Positions 19,128 through 27,685 of a stretch of DNA of 64,000 nt are shown here, piece after piece (positions within the stretch are counted from its first letter, which is position 1; every line of letters starts with the position of its first letter). The DNA is from Nitrososphaeria archaeon (GTDB lineage Archaea > Thermoproteota > Nitrososphaeria > JACIWG01). The position numbers and the translations under genes are program-made. The DNA is taken from NCBI GenBank assembly GCA_963752255.1, contig CAVVXT010000019.1:160001-224000 (forward strand). The letters run 5' to 3'. The notes under the pieces are model-generated. The model did no database searches. It was not told where the DNA came from and saw only the letters and a program-made list of their open reading frames with translations.

Positions 19128-19583
19128 CTATACATCAAGTTTATTGTCTTTTAAAAAATCTTTCCATTTTTCTATACATTGGGATGCTAATTCAAAGGCA
19201 TCCATTTGCCCATTTTTGGTTTCAATTGTATATTTGATACTTATCGTTGCGCCAAGTTTATAATACCTTCCGGCAAATTTAGGATCTAAAAGACTACGAT
19301 TTTCATTTTCGAGATGCTTTATGCTATTGCAAATGTCTGCACAAAGACTCAGACATGTCTCATGATTAATGAATTTTTCAACATGCGGTTTAGGAATTGG
19401 AAGCGTATTATCATTTTTAATCCACTCCTTTAGATGATAGCAATTCATAAAAAATGCATAAACTTCGTCTTGATAAAAATCTGAATTTCGATCATGAACT
19501 CTTCCAAAATTAGTAGTTTTGAAAACTTCATACCATCTCATCATTCTATTATACTGTTCTTTGTACTTTGGTTCTTGTGACAT
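19128..19583 (-). CDS. Hypothetical protein, HEPN-like helical family
   Basis: FFMNCYHLKEWI and C.DICNSIKH motifs, a pattern typical of mobile or cassette-borne HEPN-like proteins; family call tentative. Confidence 0.6.
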   Translation of the reverse strand: MSQEPKYKEQYNRMMRWYEVFKTTNFGRVHDRNSDFYQDEVYAFFMNCYHLKEWIKNDNTLPIPKPHVEKFINHETCLSLCADICNSIKHLENENRSLLDPKFAGRYYKLGATISIKYTIETKNGQMDAFELASQCIEKWKDFLKDNKLDV

Positions 19584-19732
19584 TAATATTTAATGTATTG
19601 TCAATAACATATATTTAGGTTTTTAAAATGGTGGATCCTTGGTGGAGACTTTCTCTCAAAATCGGAAATATGGCAAAATACATGAATGTGTTTTGAAGCA
19701 ATGATGGGTAAGATGCAATACTTAAATAGAAT

Positions 19733-20554
19733 TTGCAGAATTTACGGTATATGAAGACCTTCAAGATCATTGCTTTTTCAGATGTCACATTATGGAGTAA
19801 ATTACCTGAGGGATTAACTAACATTAAGAAATGGCTAAGCATAAAGTCCACAAATTCTCCTTTATCAACATACAGCTATGAAGAAATAGTTGACATCTTA
19901 AAACCAGATGTAACAATTTTAGCAGGAGATTATGACGAAGACTTTTATGATAGATTTTATGTTGGCTTCTACAAGTTCCTAAAATACGCTGGAGAAAGAT
20001 CAAAAGTGCTTGTAATCACAGGTAATCATGAAGACCCGAAATTCGGGGGCAGCGTAATCTTATATTCAGCAGAAAAAGTAAACAATATCAAAGGTTGCAG
20101 AGAGATATCAGGAAAAAGAATTAAAGTGAACGGTTTTTCCTTTCTCGGATTAGGATACTATAATACATATCATAAAATAAAACCTTTAATTGAAAAATAT
20201 TCTGAAAAGGTCGACATAATTGTATCCCATTGTGATCTCCAAAGATTACCTGCACTTTCTAACATTAAACCTAAACTAATTATTAACGGTCATTCTCGCT
20301 CGGGAAAGGTTTTAGTCAGAGACGTGCCAGTTATTCTTACTAACAGATTGAAATTTGTCTTGATTGAATTTAAAAATAAAAGACTTTCAAACATTCAAGA
20401 ATATAAATATCCATTCATAAAAGATGGAAAAAACTGGAGCATGATTGTAGAAAATAGTCGTAATCCATATCGTTATAGAATTATACATTCAGATTATGAT
20501 CCTGAGCCGAATTACGATTGGGTTAGTAAATATAAGTGGTTTAGAACTTTGTAG
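19733..20554 (+). CDS. Calcineurin-like metallophosphoesterase
   Basis: IIAFSD, ILAGD, ITGNHE, IVSH and INGHS motifs; the first DxH motif is degenerate (FSDVT). Confidence 0.8.
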   Translation: MQNLRYMKTFKIIAFSDVTLWSKLPEGLTNIKKWLSIKSTNSPLSTYSYEEIVDILKPDVTILAGDYDEDFYDRFYVGFYKFLKYAGERSKVLVITGNHEDPKFGGSVILYSAEKVNNIKGCREISGKRIKVNGFSFLGLGYYNTYHKIKPLIEKYSEKVDIIVSHCDLQRLPALSNIKPKLIINGHSRSGKVLVRDVPVILTNRLKFVLIEFKNKRLSNIQEYKYPFIKDGKNWSMIVENSRNPYRYRIIHSDYDPEPNYDWVSKYKWFRTL

Positions 20555-20637
20555 AAATATATAAACATCCTTTTACTCTCATCCGGATAGCAAATTTAAA
20601 AAACATTATTAATCTATGATCCGATAATTTATCTGCT

Positions 20638-21582
20638 TTGAGCAACCTAAACCCTTCAATAATATCACGTTTGGCAAATATAAAAGCCACATATGAACAT
20701 GCTTTACTAATACTGACTAATCCAACGCCTTTGGATGGAGGGATTGCACTACTCCTTATGGATAATACGTTAGAAGCCGCTTTCAAGTTGGTTTTGGACA
20801 AGAAAGACGAATGGAAAAATATACAAAAAGGAGATGAAGATTTTCCGATGATATTGAATAAAGTGATTCAAACCGAGGAATTAAATGGGTTAAGAGAATA
20901 TCATATGCAACTAATAACATTACGTAAGGTCAGAAATTCCTTTCAACATCAAGGGATTATTCCAGATTTAAACACAATCCTAAACGATTATAGACTGCTA
21001 ACTGAACTTGCACTTAAGTTAATCTCGATGAATTATTTCCTAATCAAGTGGGAAGACGTATCTCTGTCGTTACTAATTAAAAGCGAATGGATAAGAAAAA
21101 TATATGGGAAAGCGGAGGCTGCCTTCACAGAAGGAGATTATGCCGCAGCTGCTGCTTATCTAATCTACACTTTTGAGCTTGTTAAGAGTATTGCAAGACT
21201 TCAGATATTTGGTTCAGGTCTTACTTCTCATAGAGTAGCAGTCAAAGAGAAATTCAAAGATAATCCTCTTGCAGACTATCTCTTTACCTTGGATGAGGAG
21301 GTGGAGGTCTTCAAGCTGGGGCTAAATTATCTGGACTTACGTAATTACTTTGATTTAGCTCAAGAAGTTGGAATAGACAGTATTTTGTATGAATTTAAAA
21401 ACAAGGAAGAAAATGTGGTTATCAATGAATTCAAGTTAAAATTGGCAGAGGCTAAAGACGACAATATTCTGAAACAATGGTATATTCACGCACGAGATCC
21501 TATCTTGAGATTTGTGATCAGAATGGAAGCAAGTTGGCGGTTATATAACATCTGGAAAGTCATGGAACGTGAGGGACCATAG
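20638..21582 (+). CDS. HEPN-like domain protein
   Basis: ALLLMDNTLEAAFK N-terminal helix and an Rx4H motif in RNSFQH. Confidence 0.6.
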   Translation: MSNLNPSIISRLANIKATYEHALLILTNPTPLDGGIALLLMDNTLEAAFKLVLDKKDEWKNIQKGDEDFPMILNKVIQTEELNGLREYHMQLITLRKVRNSFQHQGIIPDLNTILNDYRLLTELALKLISMNYFLIKWEDVSLSLLIKSEWIRKIYGKAEAAFTEGDYAAAAAYLIYTFELVKSIARLQIFGSGLTSHRVAVKEKFKDNPLADYLFTLDEEVEVFKLGLNYLDLRNYFDLAQEVGIDSILYEFKNKEENVVINEFKLKLAEAKDDNILKQWYIHARDPILRFVIRMEASWRLYNIWKVMEREGP

Positions 21583-21744
21583 GCATGATTATTGTATTTA
21601 AAATCCTTGTAGATACCGATTACGCTGCATACAGCACGAGTTGCAATATTTCATAGAACAAATTAAAACGTAGTGTATAAATACGAATCTGCATTAAATT
21701 TTATAGAAAAAAGTCCAACATACGAATTACTGTCTCATGAGCAA

Positions 21745-21800
21745 GTGGACCGAGCGGGATTTGAACCGAATTGGGTTTAAGTCTCTAAATAAAATGAGTT
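21745..21800 (-). repeat. att-like site 3: tRNA-like (Ala-like) 3' end plus 12-6-12 imperfect inverted repeat
   Basis: GTGGACCGAGC-GGGATTTGAACC-GAATTG-GGTTTAAGTCTC-TAAATAAAA. The reverse complement contains GGTTCAAATCCCGCTCGGTCCAC (T-loop plus acceptor 3' strand). Confidence 0.65.
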
Positions 21801-21920
21801 GTTCAACTGTTTTGGTATTAATATTTCTGATGGGTTCTGTTAAGTTGACAGGGGGGTTAATTGCCCTGTTAAGTGGCGGGTGCCGGTTTGCGTTCTGAAT
21901 CACGGTCAGCCACTAATGCT

Positions 21921-22879
21921 TCATGGAACTGCCGTTATCGAGATTGTCACGGTGCCATAGGGGGCAACAGTGCTCTTTACCTGACCATTTCCAATAGCTG
22001 TAAGGTTACCGCTGCTGGTGTCCATTTTCTGGACAGTCAAGCTGAGTATAGCTTCCCCAGAGGGATTCCAATCCGATATTAGAATCCAGCCGTTTCCATT
22101 ACCGTAGTAGCATTTTAGAAACGCTTGATTGGCGGTGGTGTTCGAGTAGCCGATTGCGGTTGCATTCCACGGACCATTGTACTCAACATCTATTCTGAAG
22201 GTCACGAGTGGATTTTCCTGAGTGGCTGCAGGAGAACATGTGACCATTGATATAACTGTGGTCTTTGCTGTAACTGTGACCGTTGTCTTTATCGTAAGGT
22301 TTTCGCCTGTGACTCCGATTAACAGCGTGTACGTTCCTTGTGTTATGTTTACTTTAAGATATGAACTTGTCACCGCCCACCAGTAAAGAGTGCCTAACTG
22401 TCCCTGAGGACCAGGCTGAGACGTTTGAGTCGAATGCCCAAGCTGGTACGCTAACCCCCAGACCTGCTGGTTTTGAGAATTAAAAATGTCCAATTCTACT
22501 TGCCCAACGTTCGGTTCCTGTGGCCCTGTCAGATTGAAGCGTACCCAGATGTAGCCACCAAGATTCACAGACGTACCTGAAAGTGTAACCTCCAGTTCCA
22601 GCCCTGAGGTTTCATTGGTCAGCGTAGGACCGCTGAACTCTGCGGGTGGCGTAGCCGTATTGGTACCGTTAAACTCTGTTGACGTCGAAGTTGTAGTGGT
22701 GGTCGTCGAAGTTGTAAATGTAATGTTTGGCGAGCTTGTGGAAATAGTTAAAGTGCCCGCTGAACTTCTGAATAATGCTGGGTTAAAGTAGCTTATACTA
22801 CCAACAACTACAGCCGTAACTATAAGGGCGACAAAAGCTATCTTATAGGAGGATTTATCAAACGATTGTTTGATCGCAT
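21921..22879 (-). CDS. Thr-rich secreted/surface protein, frameshift near the start (about 22868)
   Basis: The frame of ORF 21921-22568 stays open to about 22890, encoding a signal/TM segment (IAFVALIVTAVVVG) and a poly-Thr linker. The ATG at 22879 after AAGGAG is one base out of frame at a T-run. Confidence 0.65.
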
Positions 22880-22898
22880 CACTACTCCTTTAATGTGG

Positions 22899-23429
22899 TT
22901 ACGGTATACTGGTTACGGTTACGGTAGAGGTACTCGTCACCGTTACGGGTGCCACAGTAACAGTTACAGTAGGTCCGGATGATACAGCAGTTGCAGTAGT
23001 TGTTATAGTCACAGGACCACTTGTAGTATTCGTACCAGTAATAGATGTGGTGCCAACTGTTCCGGTTACGATAGCGGTCGTCGTCACCACTACGGTTGCG
23101 GTGCCAACTGTTTCAGTAACAGTTGTAATAGATGTAATAGGTGGAGTCGTACTAACAATAGTTGTATTAAATGTTTCAGTGGGAACGAGAATAGTCGTTG
23201 TACCAGACGAAGCTGCCTGTGAATTAGTTGGACCAGTAACTGAACCAGTGAACGTAGGTGAAGTGGTAGAACTGGTAAGTGTAGTTGTGGAACTGGCTGT
23301 TGTGGAAGACGTCTGCGCGGGCTGTAGTGGAAGAAGGTAGATTACTCCACCTGCCAGAGCCAACGCTACTACAGCAGCTACGAAAACTCCAATAACTATT
23401 TGTTTTTTATATTTTGACATTATGCTCAT
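22899..23429 (-). CDS. Thr/Val-rich membrane-anchored (mucin-like) surface protein
   Basis: N-terminal signal-anchor followed by about 135 aa of T/V/S low-complexity sequence. Confidence 0.75.
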   Translation of the reverse strand: MSIMSKYKKQIVIGVFVAAVVALALAGGVIYLLPLQPAQTSSTTASSTTTLTSSTTSPTFTGSVTGPTNSQAASSGTTTILVPTETFNTTIVSTTPPITSITTVTETVGTATVVVTTTAIVTGTVGTTSITGTNTTSGPVTITTTATAVSSGPTVTVTVAPVTVTSTSTVTVTSIP

Positions 23430-23487
23430 CAGAGCAATATACTTTGACGTGGATATAGCGCTATTAATAGAAAGACAGGAAAGTGCA

Positions 23488-23525
23488 GTTTTCTAATTTT
23501 AGAAAACGTTCTTCTAATTTTAGAA
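23488..23525. promoter_or_regulatory. Tandem palindromic operator-like sites
   Basis: TTCTAA-TT-TTAGAA at 23491-23504 and 23512-23525 (21 bp apart), between divergent genes. Confidence 0.5.
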
Positions 23526-23620
23526 ATTGTGGTTCTGTTATCTCTGTGGTTGACTGATGTCTGTTGTTACCTTTCGGTTCATAAGCAGGTTTTAAAAGTG
23601 GTTCTGTTAACAAATACAAT

Positions 23621-23812
23621 ATGATCAGTGACGACGAATATAGAACAAAGATTAGGGGGATAGCTGATGATATACGTGCACGGACTAAAGGGACTGCGAC
23701 GGAAAAACAGCTGGCTGTAATCGAAGGTTTGCTTGAGTTGAGTCTCAGCGGTTTGAACGAAATAAACAAGAGAGTAACAAAATTAGAGGAGAAAAGCAAA
23801 CATAATGTTTAG
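23621..23812 (+). CDS. Small hypothetical coiled-coil protein
   Basis: 63 aa ORF with a heptad C-terminus. Confidence 0.45.
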   Translation: MISDDEYRTKIRGIADDIRARTKGTATEKQLAVIEGLLELSLSGLNEINKRVTKLEEKSKHNV

Positions 23813-23978
23813 TTAGAACAGTTCGACTTAAGTAAGCGTTTTGAATTAGCGTTAGCCATTTGTTTTTCCCTTCGATTTTGTAACAATAACTCTTGGATTT
23901 TTAATCAATCGATGGCTCTTTAAAATTAAATGTTCTAAGACTTATATAATTCTAAACTCATAAACATTTGATTTTTGG

Positions 23979-24170
23979 ATGGAATCTGTAACAGTAATAG
24001 GGATTAGTTTTATCATAATTGGATTTATTGCTATACTTTTAGGAATATTTTTTGAAACATTTATTCCTCATGAACTTCAAGGAATCTCAATATCAGTATG
24101 GTTAGGAATAATTTTAATTATTTTAGGAGCCATAGCTATTTATTCAGAACGAAATAGTAATTCTTTGTAG
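23979..24170 (+). CDS. Small 2-TM membrane protein
   Basis: Two hydrophobic helices in 63 aa. Confidence 0.55.
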   Translation: MESVTVIGISFIIIGFIAILLGIFFETFIPHELQGISISVWLGIILIILGAIAIYSERNSNSL

Positions 24171-24420
24171 AAACAATATTACCTTATTTTATTATAAATT
24201 CCCCTCATTTCGGTTAATATGAAAATTATTCCTTAGCGTAAAATTAACTTGTTAGATGTTGAGTAATCGAACCATATCGCCAACTTTCACATTAAGTGTT
24301 ACAAGGTCAGGGTTGTCATCAAATCTTAAGATGAGTGAACAAACACAGCATGTCCAATTTCTGAGACCATAGGCTGACTGAATCGAGCTTTCGTGCATTC
24401 TCTTCTTTTTTTCTCTTACT

Positions 24421-25092
24421 TCATTTTATTTGAATTCTACCCTTTTCTTGGCCATATCGAGTTTCAAAGTACGGATTCCCTATGATTATAGAAACTTCTA
24501 TTATTGTAGCTACTATAATAAATATGATAAACAACGTAGATGGATAGACATATGAAGGTAGTATTATCTTAAGAAGTTGGCTTATTTGATTGATAACAAG
24601 CAAAAAAAAGTCCAATAATGCTAATGGAAAAACTATAAACATAGACCAATATCTCCATTTGCTATTGTTGGATATCTTAGCCTTTCCGCGTAAAAGATAA
24701 AACGTAACAGTTGTTAGGAAGATTAAAAAAGAAATCTGTCTTAAATATTCTTGATCTGATTGAAGGAATCTCGTTACGATAAGAAAGTATGTTGATTGAA
24801 GGAAACCTATTCCGAAAAGTAAAACGTCATCTTCTCTTTTCAATTCTTCCTCATCTGCCTTTTTAAGTTTGGCTTTGTACTTGCCCCATTTGAATATCAA
24901 TGAGGTAATGACGTTTGTTAATAGAATAGGTGAAAGACAAATCAATCCAAGTACGATGAGTATCCCTGCGAGAATGTTTCCAATTAGCAATGCTATTACT
25001 AATAGGCCGAATAATGAGAGATAAAGATAGAAAAGAATATTAAATATTGTTGTTCTTTTAGCCCTTATAGGTTTCTTTTCTTCCTTTAGCAA
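24421..25092 (-). CDS. Hypothetical multi-TM membrane protein
   Basis: About 6 hydrophobic segments. Confidence 0.6.
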   Translation of the reverse strand: MLKEEKKPIRAKRTTIFNILFYLYLSLFGLLVIALLIGNILAGILIVLGLICLSPILLTNVITSLIFKWGKYKAKLKKADEEELKREDDVLLFGIGFLQSTYFLIVTRFLQSDQEYLRQISFLIFLTTVTFYLLRGKAKISNNSKWRYWSMFIVFPLALLDFFLLVINQISQLLKIILPSYVYPSTLFIIFIIVATIIEVSIIIGNPYFETRYGQEKGRIQIK

Positions 25093-25289
25093 TGAGCATT
25101 CTTCGTTTGAGACTTTCTTAAAGTTTTGTTACACTAAGAGTGATTTAGGAGTTGACACCTTTCAATTAACTTTAATTTTTAGGCTCAATCAGCCTTAAAA
25201 TTTCACTGCATTGAGAATAGGTTATCATTTATATGCAATAAAACGAAAAGCTTTAGACTCACAATATCATAATATTGTATGTTTGGACT

Positions 25290-25778
25290 TCATGAAAATG
25301 AGAGATGGAAAAAGAGAATAGCAATATAATAAATCAGCATCAAGCCTACAAACAAAGCGCCAGCAACCAACGCTGAGATTCTTCGGCTGTATTTTCGTCT
25401 GAGCAAAACGAATCCTCCAACAAGCACTAAACCATCTAAACTTGGAATAACCAAGATTAAGTATTTTGGGTATTGCTGAACAATATATGCAAAAATAGCA
25501 CTCACGAAAGCCTGAAAAACCCCTTGGAAAACTACCAAAGACACTGATGAGTTCTTTATTTTTGGAATTAGAAGGATTAGTTGATAATCGAGTATGAGCA
25601 GTAGTAAGAAGGACAAGAAAGCAAGGTATTCGCCATTTTTAATTGTTGTAAAAAGTGCCGCTAAAGCACCCATAACACCAATGGCAGTAAACAATTTGTC
25701 ATTCTCATCTATGAATGCTTTCAGAGTCTTTCTGTTCGCGGGCTGTACTGGACTTGGAGTTTTTCCCGTTTCTGGCAT
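25290..25778 (-). CDS. Hypothetical multi-TM membrane protein
   Basis: About 5 hydrophobic segments; AGGA SD-like element upstream. Confidence 0.6.
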   Translation of the reverse strand: MPETGKTPSPVQPANRKTLKAFIDENDKLFTAIGVMGALAALFTTIKNGEYLAFLSFLLLLILDYQLILLIPKIKNSSVSLVVFQGVFQAFVSAIFAYIVQQYPKYLILVIPSLDGLVLVGGFVLLRRKYSRRISALVAGALFVGLMLIYYIAILFFHLSFS

Positions 25779-25866
25779 TTCCTTCCTACTGAACTGTTAC
25801 ACCATTTAATCAATTAAAAGGTTTTGTAAAGTCATTATCATTTCTTGGTTGATCGACTATCTCTTC

Positions 25867-26091
25867 CTACTTGCTCTCCCTACTTATTATCCACTGGTTC
25901 TGCCTCCCAACCCTTCTACCCTTCACCTTCCCTTCTGCCATAAGCTTGTACAGGTGTATTTGTGCCGTGTTCCAGGAGACGCTGACTTGTCTTGCAACCA
26001 TTTCTGTTGTAACAGGCCAGTCTTGTTCAGCCAAATATTCGACGACTCCCTTGTCTATGGCTTCACAGCTCCTTCCACTATGAGGTTCCAT
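25867..26091 (-). CDS. Small winged-helix DNA-binding protein
   Basis: PVTTEMVARQVSVSWNTAQIHLYKLMAEGKV...VGRQNQW wHTH pattern. Confidence 0.75.
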   Translation of the reverse strand: MEPHSGRSCEAIDKGVVEYLAEQDWPVTTEMVARQVSVSWNTAQIHLYKLMAEGKVKGRRVGRQNQWIISRESK

Positions 26092-26135
26092 ATGACATCT
26101 CGTTATAGTATGTTTGTGAAAAGCTATATAAGTTT

Positions 26136-26366
26136 ATGCATGAACATATGATTGAACATATGTCCGATTATATGTTAGGCTTGGACGCCCCCAACGTTTC
26201 GTTCGAATACCTTAAAAGTGTAGCAGAAGCTCTTAACAGGTTAACAAAAATCTTTCTCTCCCAAGAAGAACTTACCCTGAAAGCTACACCTGCACTCGCA
26301 AGACTTGAAGGAGCTAACCATCGGGGACGTGCTGTCCGCTTGGCGGCAGGCGTAAGAAATCTATGA
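26136..26366 (+). CDS. Hypothetical protein
   Basis: 76 aa ORF whose stop overlaps the start of the next gene (ATGA). Confidence 0.45.
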   Translation: MHEHMIEHMSDYMLGLDAPNVSFEYLKSVAEALNRLTKIFLSQEELTLKATPALARLEGANHRGRAVRLAAGVRNL

Positions 26367-27244
26367 AAATCCAAGTGCTTGGTTTAGGTGTTGTAGGTTT
26401 GGCTCAAGCCTACCTTTTGAACAGGTTAGGCCATAGCGTGTACGGCTTCGATATCGTAAAAAGGGAGTTACCTGAGTACATTAAAGCCGTAGATCCACCA
26501 GTTCGAGATGTTCACTTTACTTTCGTCTGCGTTCCAACACAGAACGTAGAAGAATCCATCAGCATGCTGGTAGATCATAAAGTAGGCGGTCTGTATGTGA
26601 TAAAAAGCACAGTTCCTCCTGAAACTGCAGAAGACTTGATGGAGAAGTATGATGTCCATATATGCTCCAATCCTGAGTTTCTAAGAGAAGCTTTCTCTTA
26701 CGAAGATGCGTTGAACCCCGTCCGTCTTATAATAGGTGCCTGCTGTAGGGAGCATGGAGATATGTTAAGGTCACTCTATCTTCCTCTACGTAAGCCAATT
26801 TTCATGACGACAACAGTTGAAGCTGAAACAGTAAAATTAATCGCTGATGCCTATTCGGAAACTATGACCGGCTTTTGGAGTGAAATGTACGAGCTCACCA
26901 AAAAGGGGAACTTAGATATCAATTTGGCAAAAATGGTTACGGAAGATAAAAGGTACCGCAAATTAGGAACTAAAATGTTTGGGAAAACATTCAGGAAGGC
27001 GGGCGTTGGATCGAGCTTTCCAAACTGGGTGTACGTCGAAAAAGAGGACACCGTCTACAGCAAAAAATACGTGAACAGGTGGACGGAGCCAAGCCTCATC
27101 AAAGAATGGTTTGCAGCAGACACGAGAGAGGAAGGATACAGGCTTTTAGGAGAAGTCAAGCCGACATCAGGAGGAACAGCAGGAGTTATCTATTCCCAAA
27201 CGAGGAAGAAATGGATTGTCGGAGAATACAGCGAAGGCAAATAA
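26363..27244 (+). CDS. UDP-glucose/GDP-mannose dehydrogenase-like N-terminal part fused to an unrelated C-terminus
   Basis: GLGVVG, CVPT, KSTVPP, NPEFLRE and AE.VKL motifs present. The GG.CLPKD catalytic-Cys motif is absent, replaced by about 85 aa of unrelated sequence. Confidence 0.7.
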   Translation: MKIQVLGLGVVGLAQAYLLNRLGHSVYGFDIVKRELPEYIKAVDPPVRDVHFTFVCVPTQNVEESISMLVDHKVGGLYVIKSTVPPETAEDLMEKYDVHICSNPEFLREAFSYEDALNPVRLIIGACCREHGDMLRSLYLPLRKPIFMTTTVEAETVKLIADAYSETMTGFWSEMYELTKKGNLDINLAKMVTEDKRYRKLGTKMFGKTFRKAGVGSSFPNWVYVEKEDTVYSKKYVNRWTEPSLIKEWFAADTREEGYRLLGEVKPTSGGTAGVIYSQTRKKWIVGEYSEGK

Positions 27245-27342
27245 TCAAATAGATAATCAACCTTTCAGCCTATTGAAAGCGTGAGGTTCAATCAGTTAAC
27301 GAATAAAAACTTACTAAGAGATTTTGTTTAACTTAGTTAGAG

Positions 27343-27480
27343 ATTAACTTTTACTCGTAGTGTAATAATTAAATTAACTTTTACTTGTACGGTAATAATT
27401 AAGTTCAAATGTTCAAATGTCTGTTCACCAAACAGCAAAAAGTTTTTCCTCTATATATAGGAAAACACGCTTGTTTTCCT
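27343..27480. repeat. Tandem 30-bp repeats, 8-bp repeats and overlapping inverted repeats (ori-like)
   Basis: ATTAACTTTTACTCGTAGTGTAATAATTAA / ATTAACTTTTACTTGTACGGTAATAATTAA (27343-27402), GTTCAAAT x2 (27403-27418), then TTTTCCT..AGGAAAAC..GTTTTCCT. Confidence 0.7.
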
Positions 27481-27685
27481 AAGGTGTACTGGGCTTTATT
27501 GGGGGAACTGCTATAATAGGGATGGACGTTTTTTCTATTTGGCGATCGCCTTAGCGATTATAAAGACGCTTAGGTAATTAATTTATACGCTGAGTGTAAA
27601 AGTGGCTCAACCATGTACATGATCTCGTGGCAGCGTTCAGCATGCTTCTTTATCGCTTCAAAGCTGTCTAAAAGTTCAACCAAGT

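Noticed and set aside
27343-27418. 30-bp direct repeats as a mini-CRISPR
   Set aside because: The repeats are directly adjacent with no spacer, there are only two copies, and no cas genes are present.
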